From Octopus vulgaris (Eukaryota): 64,000 nt of DNA. Below, piece after piece: positions 40,620 through 54,621 of the stretch. The DNA lies in NCBI GenBank assembly GCA_951406725.2, contig OX597821.1:69564001-69628000 (forward strand), written 5' to 3'. Each line of letters starts with the position of its first letter. The first letter of the stretch is position 1. The position numbers were made by a program, and so were the translations under genes. Below the pieces are notes generated by a model. That model had not been told where the DNA came from, did no database searches, and was given only the letters and a program-made list of their open reading frames with translations.

Positions 40620-40668
40620 CAAAACTGTCCGACGAACGGGAACGTGAAACTCCGAGTAACAGCTTTTG
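40620..40668 (+). ncRNA. Type I hammerhead-like motif with C4 core variant
   Basis: caaaacugu-CCGACGA-acg-ggaa-cgu-GAA-acuc-c-gagu-A-acag(c)uuuug. All three stems pair. Confidence 0.68.
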
Positions 40669-41203
40669 TTATATTTCTGCTGCTTTTAAATATAGCATAT
40701 TACTCTACCTCTGGTATTTGAGTACTCTTTTTTCCACCTACCTTGTTTCACATTTATGTGCTTACTCCGGTATATATATATTTATATTTGTGTATATATG
40801 TCGACCTGGTGTATATGTCTCATCCATATATAACTATTTTTAAAAAATCGGGTTAGTGAATGCTGCTTTTCTCTCTTGCTCAACAACCGCACACCCCACC
40901 CCACCCCACCCCACCCCACCCCACCCTCATCTTCAAAATACGAAACGAAACAAAAATGTCGACACAAATACCCTCATATAAAACATAAGTAAACAAACGC
41001 CACAAAATAGACATATAACAAAGTTAAATACCACCTCCACAGATTTTACAATGGAGAAGCTTTGGAGTGTTTTGCTTTGTTAGTATTTGTTATGCCTGTG
41101 TTAGTTTTGCTGATATACTATCGTTTATTTCGTAGTTGTTTTTGCTCTTCTTCCTTTTTCTTTTTCTTACATCATCATCATCATCATCATCACAACCACC
41201 ACC

Positions 41204-41270
<67 letters not shown>

Positions 41271-41332
41271 CCATCACCATCACCATCACATCACCATCAC
41301 CACCACCACCATCACCACCACCTACAACCACC

Positions 41333-41366
<34 letters not shown>

Positions 41367-41392
41367 TCATCACCACCACCACCACCATCATG

Positions 41393-41423
<31 letters not shown>

Positions 41424-41593
41424 CCATCACCATCACCATCACCATCACCACCACCATCACCACCACCACCACCATCACCACCACCACCACCACCATCATG
41501 ATCATCATCATTATCATCATCATCATCATCATCATCATCACCATCACCATCACCATCACCACCATCACCACCACCACCACCACCACCACCACC

Positions 41594-41627
<34 letters not shown>

Positions 41628-41631
41628 TTAT

Positions 41632-41680
<49 letters not shown>

Positions 41681-41958
41681 GAGAATGATCCCTGGCTTAC
41701 CATCCCTGCAAGAAGTGCAAAAGATTGTCTTAACTGGTACCTCACACGTATTGAGAAGAGCATTGTCGATGTGAGAACTGTTGCTGCTCATGTATTTTAA
41801 TTTAACTTTAAAAAAAAAAAAAAAAAATGAACGAACTACTGAGTTTGGTTTAATGGCCAACCAATGTATGCTATGAGTTTCTTTGCCCTAGGAGTCGGGA
41901 AGACACTCAGCAAGAAATAGAAGCAAATTTGAAAGAAGAAAAAAAAAGTAATAAAAAT

Positions 41959-42540
41959 AATCAATGGGGTTGCAGTGTGGGGAGTTAGATGGCCAGATGT
42001 TAGGGCTGATGTGGTCGCAGAAATTGTCTGACAGCCATGACTGGGTTCTCCTGCTTGTGTGGCATGGTGCGGAGTCTTGTTGCAAGACAGGGTCTTCCAG
42101 CAGCCACCCTCTTGACCTAGGGCAGCACTACCTGCTCGAGACACACGATGTAGGCTTCCCTGCAGAGTGTCAGGCCGTGTGGGAAGATGAATGGAGGCAT
42201 AACGTCGCCATCGCTAGTGATCACTCCAGACACCATGATGTTGACTGGATGTTTGATTTTTATCACTCTCGGTATTTGTCCTCAGATTACACTGTCCTCA
42301 CATTGGCACCCAAACACTCTGAAATGTTCGTATTTGAGCTTCCGGTCCGAATACAAAGTAGCACAGCATGTTCTTTCCAAATTTGTGGCTGATTGAATTG
42401 CGTCATAGTGCTGTTTTTCTCACAGACGGTGCCCAACTGATCCTACTATACAGTGTAGTAGATAAAATGAAAAACAAACATGCGCATGCACGAAATTTAA
42501 AATATCAAATGGCGACAAATTACCCACTCGCATCCTTTAT
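41959..42540 (-). mobile_element. Second maT (DD37D) transposon, deleted fragment
   Basis: QQDSAPCHTSRRTQSWL...WPSNSPHCNPID (37-residue spacing), with a TIR-like end at ~42510-42540. Confidence 0.8.
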
Positions 42541-42554
42541 ATATATATACATAC

Positions 42555-42620
<66 letters not shown>

Positions 42621-42859
42621 TCAAGGGAAACAGAAAATGGAGATACAAATGATCAAAAACCATTGATTTACATCAATTATCATTTATTAATTAATTACAA
42701 AAAGACAGAATCTCTACTTACAGCTGTTTCTGTTAGCGTGATTCTCAGTTTTAACCACCACAGTAATAATAATAATAATGATAATAATAATGATAATAAT
42801 AATAATAATAACAACAATAATAATAATAGTTATCATTGTAAGTTATTAGTTATACCAAA

Positions 42860-43995
42860 CTGAATCACGAAACTTCGTCATTTTCTTCTAGGAACATTAT
42901 CAAAGTTTTTCTGATGATTCGCTCCATGACTTTACTGATGTATGAATTCAGAGAGATTGGCCTGTGTTTTTGACCGCTGTTATGCTTCCACCTTTGTGGA
43001 TAGAGGGTATAATGCCTTCTTTCAGTATTTTAGGAAGTTTACCACTTGCAAGGAAATTTTGTCAAAGTATTTGAAGTGGTTTCGCTAAAGTCTGCTTATA
43101 TGACTGCAGGAAAATAGCTGGGAAGCCATGAAGACCAGTTGCGGATCATGAGCTCATTTCATCTATGGCCGCTGTTACATGTCTCCGCAATGACGATGTA
43201 ATCGACGATGGCTGGCGCCTCCTTTTTTAGAGTTTCAATATCAAAGAATTCAGCTGGATTTTTATCTGCATGGGTCCAAGTGGGGAAGGGAAGACGCTTT
43301 TAAATTGTTTACTAAGCATCTCACTTATCCTTCCTGGGTCCGCTGTCAGTGAGTCATTCCCTGGGAACAATGGTCCTATTTTCTATTTGTATTGTGACTG
43401 TTTCCTTTGCGAATTTATAGAAAGTTTTGGGATTTGTTTTTATGCTTTCACAGCTCTCTTCTCTCTCTCACTCTGCTCTTTCCCTTTCCTGAGAGACTTT
43501 GATTTTGTTTTCGATTTCCAGGAGTGTCCGTATTAAGATAGACTTCTCCTTATCCCTCAGTTGCCTATTCATCCGCTTTGAGACCTTGGACCTGCGTCTC
43601 ATTAGGATTTTTCTGTGCCTGCGAATCTTGTTTGTCAGTGTATTCTGGCCTTTGTTTTTGGGGTATATTTAGTGCATATAGCTTGCACTGTTGGCATAAA
43701 CTGGCTGAGATTCAAGTTAATATCTTGCCTACATAGAATATTGGACCAGTTCCGTTTGTGGACCTCTTTGCGGATTGATTCCTATTTTGCATTACAGAAA
43801 TTCACTTTAGATAAGGCTTGAGTCCGCCGGATAAAGTAGATACCAGCAGATAGCGCAGAACCGTACATAGTTCAACAATGTAGTGATTTGAGAGTGCTGC
43901 TGGTGTCGCCTTCACATCATGGATAAGGTCCATATTATTTGTGAAGCAGAAGTCCAATATGTCGTTGGCCTGAGTATCACTTGCTCCATGAACAA
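42860..43995 (-). mobile_element. Decayed CR1-like LINE ORF2 fragment
   Basis: Minus strand IIPSIHKGGS...RPISLNSYISKVMERII (RT domains 1-2), and LSNHYIVEL resembling the end of an APE domain. Confidence 0.7.
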
Positions 43996-44137
43996 TATAT
44001 ATATATATATATATATATGCATGCATGCATGTATGTATGTATGTATGTATGTATGTATGTATGTATGTATGTATGTATGTATGTATGTATGTATGTATGC
44101 GTGTGTGTATATATACATATATATATATATATATACA

Positions 44138-44187
<50 letters not shown>

Positions 44188-44657
44188 TATATACATATAT
44201 ATATATAAACAGAACAAGTATTGGGATAGATTCATTTGACTAGATGTCTTCAAGGCGGTGCTGTCCCAGCATGGCCGCAGTCTAATGAGTGAAACAAGTA
44301 AAAGATGAAAACATAAACGGTGTATACAAATATATTTCTTAGAAAATAGAACATGGAAGAAGAATGTGTAAAGTTGTTATAACAACAGAAATACGAAAAC
44401 AAAATTAAAAATCAACGAAAATATATTTTATCCGAAAATATTCATAGGACAGCAGAAATGTGTTGTTCACTGATTTTTCTTCTCATATTTTCTGAACAAA
44501 CATGTGTAATTGTAAATAAAGTAAACATCTACATATACGCAAAAACAAACGTGGACAGGAACACACAAACATGTAAACACACACAAATATATCCACATAT
44601 GTCCATGCATACAGTCGTTCACATACACGCTATATGCGCATGTACATGCATGTACAA

Positions 44658-44717
<60 letters not shown>

Positions 44718-44840
44718 GCATATATATATGCATATATATACATACATATATATATATGCATATATGTATACATGCATATATATATATGCATATATATATA
44801 TTTATATATATATATATATATTTATATATACATATATATA

Positions 44841-44885
<45 letters not shown>

Positions 44886-44897
44886 GCATCTATATAG

Positions 44898-44929
<32 letters not shown>

Positions 44930-45124
44930 GCATATATGTATATGGTGTGTGTATGCCAGTGTATAACGATTGTGTGTAAGGCGAAAATAGAAGAGAGAGG
45001 GGTTTAAATAAACTACGAATATAATTATTTAAGCAGATACAGACACCCTTTTATACACATATTTATGCACAGCCTGTATGCATATCCGTACCTTTATATC
45101 CATATGTGTGTGCGTGTGTGTATG

Positions 45125-45178
<54 letters not shown>

Positions 45179-45218
45179 TATATATATATATATATATACA
45201 TATATATAGTTACATACA

Positions 45219-45262
<44 letters not shown>

Positions 45263-45855
45263 CACATACATATATACATATATATATATATATCATTTAC
45301 AAGCAATAACATTCGAATATGTATGTATATATATATGTGTGTGTGTGTATACATACTATACACATACATACATGCATACATACATGCATACATACATACA
45401 TACACTCGTTGTATGATTATTTCTGACTATTTTTGCGGTTCTATTTTTTTTTTATAAAATTTCGTAAATTCTACTCGAAGAATTTCCATTCGTCGCAACT
45501 TTCAAGTGATTGGCACGTTTCGATTTTCTTTTGGGAATGCATCGGCTGCTCTCACTTGAATCTTTGAACTGGAATTCGTTAAAAAGAAGGTGTACGTATG
45601 TTATGACTTGAGAACTTTGATGAGAAGACAAGGCTAGAATGATATTATTGGATACATCCGGCATGGAACTGAGGATATAATAAGGATTCTATAATGGTCG
45701 AAGAAGTTCACTCTTAATAGATTATCATTAAAATCGAACCACTTTTCCGAATCTCAATTGGTATTTCGTTTGTGTGGTTGGCTCGTTTACTGGAAAAACA
45801 TAACGAGAGACAAACAGAGATAGGAAAGGAAACTGAAAAAAGAAAGCAGGAGAGC

Positions 45856-45913
<58 letters not shown>

Positions 45914-46260
45914 CAGAGAGATAGACAGATATAGATAGATAGAAAAAAAGAGAGAGATGGAGAGAGAAATAGAGAGACGTGTGAGAGAAATGTGGAGATA
46001 GGACAAAGAAGATGCAAATATGCTGATGTATGCGCTTACATGTATACACGCACATTTCCTTCACACACACATACTAGGACTAACACACACTGACATAGAA
46101 TTTATCTGTCACACACGTGTGCACATACAGAAACAAGCAGGCACACACACTCGCAAATACGCATATGGAAGCATAAACAGTAAGAGCCTGCATATGTGTG
46201 TGTGTGTTTTTAAAGCTTCTGTTAAAGTATGGACTTTCATAATGAAAATTTCAATGATGG

Positions 46261-46318
<58 letters not shown>

Positions 46319-46458
46319 AAATGAATAAGGAGAAAAATGTAGTAGAAAGAGAACTACAACAACAGGAACATGAACAATATGGCTACAAATATAAGATTTA
46401 AGTAAAAATAAAAATTACGTAAAAATATTTTGTAAATAACATGATTAGAATAAATGAA

Positions 46459-46538
<80 letters not shown>

Positions 46539-46564
46539 TGATAATAATAATAATAATAAAAATG

Positions 46565-46595
<31 letters not shown>

Positions 46596-46603
46596 TGATG
46601 ATG

Positions 46604-46668
<65 letters not shown>

Positions 46669-48021
46669 TTATCAGATTGTTGAATAATGTTTTCGTTATC
46701 TTGAAATCTCTTAGAATAATATTTGAAACATGAAGGAGATGTTTACAACAATATTTACATCTCAACGAGATTTATAGATTATAGAATTTTCGGGCGAAGA
46801 ATTTCTTCGACATTCTTTTTGTCTTTTAATGCTTTATTGTGATTTTTTTTCTTTTTTTAGATTTATGTAAAGATTTAAGTGCAGTTTTCTAAGATTAGTT
46901 CGGGGTTATGAAGTCATAATAATAATAATAATAATAATTGTTTCTAATATAAACACAAAGCCCGAAAAATTTGAGAAAAGGAACAAGTCGATCAAACTGA
47001 TACCCCAATACTGAATTTGTATTTCATTTTATTCATCTCCGAACTACGGAAGGCTAAGTTGTGGTCGGATTTCCTCTCAGAACCGAAACAAATGATATAA
47101 ACCAATTTTTTTCGACAGCCAAGTCCCCCACCTCAAGAGAGGGTATTGTATTAGGGTCCCAGCTTGTATTACTGATGATGCGCAGATTCGAGTTCAGGGT
47201 AACGTATGCGTAAATATTCGGGGACCGTTGCGTCGATGACAGTAGGTAACTGCTACGAGCAATTTTTTTGTAACAAATCTTCCCGTAGCTCAAACTTGTT
47301 GACCGAGAAGTAGTCCTTGGTCAAACGCAAATCAAGGCTAGGTAGCACCTGACATTGGGGGTGTTGCTAGGCTCACTGTGTTGAGCAGGGTTTGTGCGCT
47401 TGGAGTTATTTATTACATCCCACTTGTATGGATAAGTGTGTTCGCAGCAACACGTGTTTCCAGTTCACTCGACCTGGAATACATCCAGCCTGCTGCTAAT
47501 TGCAGTAGATGCTATATTAATGGAATGAAGAATATGCTTGTCAGAAATAGCGAAATTATTATTTCTAAGTCTCTGAACGGGAAACATTCAGTAACAGTAA
47601 TCTAGAGTAAAGATTATTTGCCAACATAATGTGGCAGTCCTGATTAGGACGAATGTTACAGTTACTTAGCCCCAGGAAACATCGTCTCCAGTTGGCTATC
47701 GATGCATTGCGTCCCTATATTTTCGAACAAGGGAGTTCAGTTTCCCTACTCAACTCCAAAGCAACAGAAAGTTGAAAGTGATTGGACAGCCTTGCGAAGA
47801 TTTTTACGCAATCTTTCCTGTCAGCTCCTTCCGCACAAACCCTGTGTGCAACCATTATGCCATTCCAATCACCCTCTAACACAAATGAACATGTCTCCTG
47901 GCGTCTAAAGAAGTCCGCCTATCATGTTGAGGAGCAAACAGCAACAAGTATGAAGCCACAATCGTCGTTCTTTCTGTTGTTGGCGTCAAAGTACTTCGTC
48001 TTTCCATCCGAACCAGGGAAG

Positions 48022-48053
<32 letters not shown>

Positions 48054-48625
48054 ATCGGGTATTTCCGAAACAATACTGCCACACCAGTCGATTCAGGTCG
48101 ACCGCAAAGGCATGGACTTCGCAGTTGGTCAGAAGGAGAATAAGTGAGTGCATAATTGTGGTTTCTGTGGGTAAAAAGTTAAATATGTCTTCAGAATAAA
48201 ATACCGGCCTAAGACAAACCCCCCAACGAAAGAAAAAATAATGATCCAATGAGCTAACGAAGTCACCCAAGTTTCTTAAAACAGCAGCGAATTATTCGTC
48301 GTGGCTGTGTGGTAAGTAGCTTCTTACCAGACAGACGTGCTGTTTTTTGCTCCGGCAAATGTCACGTGTTAACGTGAATTATTGAACATTTACGGCAACA
48401 GGTAGGACATTTTGGATATTTTTGGAAGCATAGTGAGGTTTATTGCTTGCCGTTAATACTTTTTTGGCATTAATGTTAATTAGTGTTAACACTTTTCTGC
48501 GCGTAATAAGCTTCACTTGCTTCGGATGTATTTGTTCTGCCTGTTGGCGTATTTATTGTCTCACCTTTTAGTGAGAATTGTGTATTTTGAAGAGGCATAG
48601 CCCCTCCTCAAAAATTAATTTGTTC

Positions 48626-48744
48626 GCTTGGATTTACCACGGAGAACCAATTGTGCTTGGATTTACCACGGAGAACCAATTGTGCTTGGATTTACCACGG
48701 ATAACCAATTGTGCTTGGATTTACCACGGAGAACCAAGTGTGCT
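48626..48744 (+). repeat. Four tandem 29-bp units in the element 5' UTR
   Basis: gcttggatttaccacggagaaccaattgt x4, near-perfect. Confidence 0.95.
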
Positions 48745-48909
48745 GCAACTAGGAGTACCCTGTTTCGTGAGGATTACCAGTTGCAGAACTGTGTTGCCAT
48801 TATTTGAACTGTCTTCCTTCGTCCTTTTCTCTGTTCTGTCTTTGTGTTCTGTCATTGTGTTTTTTTCTTATTGGACTTTGAACTTTTAGTTGAACTTTTT
48901 TTCAAAATC

Positions 48910-50112
48910 ATGGCAACAAAAGAAACCACTGCTTTGGAATGGGAGGTTGTCCCACCCAAGCAGTGGATTGAAAGTCTTGAGAAGAGGACGGTGGTCCTAC
49001 GAACCTATTCTAGGTCGCGTGGAGCTATCGCCCTCTTCGACAGGAGCACCATAGAGAAAGAGTTGGAGGACCACCTACCAACGATAAAGTTTATTTCTCG
49101 GGGGAGTAAATTTGCAACGGTGTGGTTGCTGTTTGGTACCCCCGAGGAAGCTAGCAGATTTGCTAGCGAGCCCCTGGAGGGAGAGGAAATTTTGTTCCTC
49201 CCCTCGTATTGTGGCAGAAAAGTAAAAAGAGCCTGGGTTTGTGGGCTGCCCCCGGGCACGGAGGCGGAATGGATCGAGAAGACCATCCGGCGAGGCCTGG
49301 GGGATAGCGGACCCAGGCTACTGAGTGTGAAAATGGCTCCCGCGGTCGCCTGGGAGGGGTCAAAGGCAACTTTGACCCTGTGGACACCGGTGACCGTGGG
49401 AGAAATGAAATTCCCGGACTTCCTGAGAATGGCTGGGCACAGGTACCCGGTGATACTCGAGGGACGCCCCCCCAAGTGTCACCTGTGCCTGAAGCCCGGA
49501 CATATCAAGAGGAATTGTTCCGGGGGCCGTGGTGGTGCCCCGGAGCATGAAGGGGAAAAGGCGCCCGCCGCCCCCTAATTGGAGGGGGAGACGGTGGAAG
49601 TCGTGGAGGAGGTTGCCTCCACGAAAAGAAAGAGACAGGCGAGCAACAATGGCTGCTCGCCAAAGAACGCTCAGGTGGCGGAGGGGGATAGCGATCCCCC
49701 GTGTCTGGTGACGGAGTCCCCTGGGTCAGCAGTCTCCCCCAAAAGAAGGAGGAGAAAAAGAAAGAAAGGTCGGGCGGCTGATATCCATGAGCCGCAGACG
49801 TTGGCGGGAACTGTGCCGCCAACGAAAGAACTGAACGTATTGGTCCTCTTCTATAGAGGAGGAGAAATTGAAAAAAAAATGATGGAAGAGTATCACAAGG
49901 GAGCTCCTTTAGCCTTCACACAGGACCCCGAATGGCCTCCGCAGATAGCTGTGGAGGCCGTGGCGTTCGACGTGACGCTTGGGCTAAAGGAGCTCAATGA
50001 AGATTATAGCTTGGTCCCGGGCGACGCGAACTCGGAACTTGATTACGTTCTGAGGGAGGCGTGTATGATGGTGGAGGGCGCGGGCACAAGCTATTTCGAG
50101 GACGATATGTAA
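48910..50112 (+). CDS. L1/Tx1-type ORF1 nucleic-acid-binding protein (~400 codons; one in-frame TAA at 49576-49578)
   Basis: ATG in aaaatcATGG context, RRM-like region, EGRPPKCHLCLKPGHIKRNC (CX2CX4HX4C) and basic PKRRRRKRKK. The second track ORF (49579-50112) is the same frame. Confidence 0.78.
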
Positions 50113-50436
50113 TTATTGAACTGTTAGTATTAATAATGGACTGCTAAGTCCAAAAATTGGAAAATTGAAAGAGGTTTAATACCTCGTTTTGCATTTTTAT
50201 TAATAATGGACTGCTAAGTCCAAAAATTGGAAAAATTGTAAGAGGTTTAATACCTCGTTTTGTGTTTATCTTTAAAAAGAACAATGTTTTAGAGAAGCGA
50301 AAGTCGGCGGGCGCTTTTTGTCTTCTCTCATCCTTATCATCTGTCTTTCATTATCATTCACTTCATTAATGTCCTCGTCCAGCCCGCAAAGCTAACTTAA
50401 TCTGTGTACTGCCTTTATGGCAAATGTTTTGAAATA

Positions 50437-50824
50437 AAGTAGCTTGCTTACGAACCACATGGTTCCGGGTTCAGTCCCACTGCGTGGCATCTTGGGCAAG
50501 TGTCTTCTACTATAGCCTCGGGCCGACCAAAGTCTTGTGAGTGGATTATGTTGACGGAAACTGAAAGAAGCCCGTCGTATATATGTATATATATATGTAT
50601 GTGTGTGTGTGTTTGTGTGTATGTGTTTGTCCCCCTAGCATTGCTTGACAACCGATGCTGGTGTGTTTACGTCCCCGTTACTTAGCGGTTCGGCAAAAAG
50701 AGACCGATAGAATAAGTACTGGGTTTATAAAGAATAAGTCTCGGGGTCGAGTTGCTAGATTAAAGGCGGTGCTCCAGCATGGCCGCAGTCAAATGACTGA
50801 AACAAGTAAAAGAGTAAAAGAGTA
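50437..50824 (+). mobile_element. tRNA-derived SINE body (its head lies at 48301-48327)
   Basis: Colinear with 29138-29520. Confidence 0.88.
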
Positions 50825-51294
50825 TAGTACGCATGATATACTTGTAAAGAGCACACATTGACTAGCATGGGACTGGGAGGAAGTCGATATTGTCAAAGCT
50901 GGATTGTCTTTGGCTATAGGTCTGTCTGCTCAATTATAGGTGTCATTATGGTAATGGGGTGGACAACGATCAGCAAAAAAATTTCTATGTAGTTTATATT
51001 CCAGCTTGCTGGAAATAGTTGCAAAATGTTCACCAACGCCTTTGTTTGGTTCAGTCAGAGCTAGTCTGGATTAAGCAATGACAATCACTTCTAAAATAGG
51101 CACAAGGACAGAAATGACGGATCTGGGCTCGGTGTTGGTGACGTTGCAGCAAAGGAAGAACGTGTTTACATTTTTATTATTCTCTCTCACAGCTACGACT
51201 TTCTAATATTTAGATTTATTTCATTTTTAAATTACGCCTTGCTGTATATGATATGTATATACATCATACAAACACACACACACACACGCACACA

Positions 51295-51364
<70 letters not shown>

Positions 51365-51425
51365 AACATACATGCGAAAGCGTATGTCAATGTCTGTTGC
51401 GCAGTATATACGTGTGTGTTTTGTT

Positions 51426-51470
<45 letters not shown>

Positions 51471-51769
51471 GTAGGCATGCGTACATGTAAAATACAGACA
51501 GAATTATATAACGGAAAATCGAGACAAAAAGGGACTGAAAAAAGCTTAAAAAGAAAAGAAAAAGACAGAAGACAGGCAAACGAGTAACTAAGAAAGAGAG
51601 AGAGAGAGAGAGAGAGGGGTAAGAGGGAGAGGTAAAGAGGTATAACAACGAAGAGAAGTGAGAGAGAGAGAGCAGGCAAGTTTGTTTGTAAATACAATGA
51701 TTGTGTAGCGAATCCAATAAGTGGTCGGAACCCTTTTATCTGATTTCACCTTCAGCCTATTTAAAGTGG

Positions 51770-51830
<61 letters not shown>

Positions 51831-52069
51831 AACACACATTCACACACACACACACACACAAATTCGCACTCACATATGTATGTATACATATTTGCATGTG
51901 TATGTGTATACAAATCTAGGGACATTTAGAAATATATACCTGTATATACATGAATATGCATATTTATATATGCGTATGTATGCATGCTGTGTGTATACTA
52001 GTATATGTATATATATTATATATTATGAACATATATATGTATATACGTCCATCCATATTTATAAATACG

Positions 52070-52101
<32 letters not shown>

Positions 52102-52192
52102 AGTGTGTCTGTGTGTGTCTGTGTGTGTCTGTGCGTGTCTGTGTGTATATATGTATGCATACATGCACACATATATACATACATGCATAAAT

Positions 52193-52240
<48 letters not shown>

Positions 52241-52348
52241 CCAACTAAATATACCTCCGTATAGATACGCACACACATTAACATCTCACATGCAAACGAA
52301 AACAAGTTCGTATACTACGTATACACCTTCACATATACACCTACATCT

Positions 52349-52399
<51 letters not shown>

Positions 52400-52442
52400 T
52401 CTCTCTCTCTCTCTCTCTCACTTTCTCTATGTGTGTCTCTCT

Positions 52443-52484
<42 letters not shown>

Positions 52485-52735
52485 CATACATATACACAAA
52501 CAAAAACACCTCCACATACACAGACGACTGCGATAGAAACTGTTTCCCATCTACAACAACTCTCGTCTTGATTCGTTTTGCTGATTTCATTATCGACTGA
52601 ACTCCATTACCAGATCACCGGACGCTAAACCTTGTTAGTAATTCAAAGTTACTTTGTCTTAAATTCTATTTCTCTTCACATAACTCAACTGGAGTTTTCG
52701 TAGTTTCTCGCTGCTGTTGATAGCCAACATTTCAA

Positions 52736-52853
<118 letters not shown>

Positions 52854-53175
52854 CAATTACTTATTGCAAAATTGACTGGAGTTTTCTTCTAAAAGTGGCA
52901 AACCAATATAGAAAAGAAACAACGTATATATGTACGATAGCCGTGGATGTGGGGTCTGTGCGTGCTTTTCCTTTGTGTTTGTGTGAATGTGAGTTGGTGT
53001 ATGCGTCTATACTAATTATATAGGCTTATATATATTCTGCATTTATAATACATATCGCGCAAGCACACACTTGTACACAATCACACACATACATAAACAC
53101 ATATCTATGTACATATATGTATTATATATGTATGTATGTATAACTGTGTATATAGGCATATATATAAGTATATAC

Positions 53176-53217
<42 letters not shown>

Positions 53218-53250
53218 GTATATATATATATATTTATATATATATATTAC

Positions 53251-53305
<55 letters not shown>

Positions 53306-53336
53306 ATATATATATATTATATATATATATATTTAC

Positions 53337-53420
<84 letters not shown>

Positions 53421-54124
53421 GTATATACATAATCATATAAATGCTCACATATATGCACATATACACACACATTTATAAACGTGTATATATATATATATAT
53501 ATGTATGTATACAAGTATATATGCTTTGATATGTATATATTAAAAATTATTTATATATATATTATTATATCATACTTATATATACATATAAATATGGTCT
53601 ATACAGTGTATATATTCAAAACAACAATAATGTTAAGCACCACAAACCACATAGAAAATTTATTATATTGGATGGTAAGGTGAGAGTTCGATTTTCGCAA
53701 CAGCTAGGTAGTCAATGAGGTTAATGGATATCTTTATAAAGGATATCATTATTTTCATTTAAACTTTCGAGAAAATACTCGAGTTTCATGTGTTGACTGT
53801 CAATCAGAACCAGCAATCAGAAATGACTGAAAGGGAGACAGGTCGTCAGTTTGCAAACGTATTAAAACAAAATTGCTATACAGACACACGCATACATACG
53901 GGCATACATACATACATACATACATACATACATACATACATACATACATACATACATACATACATACATACACACACACACATACATACATTCACACACA
54001 CATACATCTGTACGTACATACATACACACAAACAAATATACATACATACATTTATGCATGCACACATCCAAATAGACATATACATACATACACATGTATA
54101 TACATACATAAGTACGTAATTACA

Positions 54125-54520
54125 TACATGGTGGCTGCCCCCTCGTTATCGAGTATGGCCATTGCACAAGGTTTAATCAATGTTGTTATCGTGCAATGCC
54201 TGTGCAAGAAGATTTTTTTAAAGTGAGGAAAGGCTGTGCACTGAGTCAATCCCACTCACTAAGCAACAGCAGCCATAATCCGAAAAGAAGAACAAGTCAA
54301 CATCATCGGTAACTACTGAGCCGCAGGTTTTATGTCGGAGTTATCCCAGTTTCCTGAGTTACCTTCTCCAAGGAGGATGCCCTAACAAAGGCTAGGAGTC
54401 CTTCACTCCCAATGGTTTAACCGCGCGATCGGGTATTCAGTCCGATTATTTCTCTGTCCCCGCGCATGATACAGCCTTAAGACATTTATTGGATGACCGT
54501 TGACTCTCAAGAGTTCCTCC

Positions 54521-54522
<2 letters not shown>
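54125..54522 (-). mobile_element. Short non-coding RTE-like retroposon in (TACA)n
   Basis: Minus strand gggcatcctccttggagaaggtaactc resembles RTE 5' UTR motifs, and the segment is bounded by tetranucleotide repeats. Confidence 0.35.
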
Positions 54523-54551
<29 letters not shown>

Positions 54552-54621
54552 CATACATACATACATACATACATACATACATACATACATACATACACAC
54601 ATACGTACGTACGTACGTACG

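Larger units (their letters stand above)
48328..50436 (+). mobile_element. ORF1-only (HAL1/Tx1-like) non-autonomous retroposon inserted in a SINE head
   Basis: Bounded by duplicated aagtagctt(g)cttac (48314-48327 and 50437-50451). Contains 5' UTR tandem repeats, a gag-like ORF and a 3' UTR ending aataaa. No RT. Confidence 0.8.

Noticed and set aside
41062-41860. His-rich, Gly/Asp-rich and Met/Val-rich ORFs
   Set aside because: Translations of (CAT/CAC/AAT)n tracts, open in several frames on both strands, with no complex coding sequence.
45402-45720. Possible Tc1-like 3' end on the minus strand
   Set aside because: Only a weak terminal resemblance, with no catalytic motif or partner TIR found.
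48626-48744. CRISPR-like 29-bp repeats
   Set aside because: Direct tandem units without spacers, in a eukaryotic context with no cas genes.
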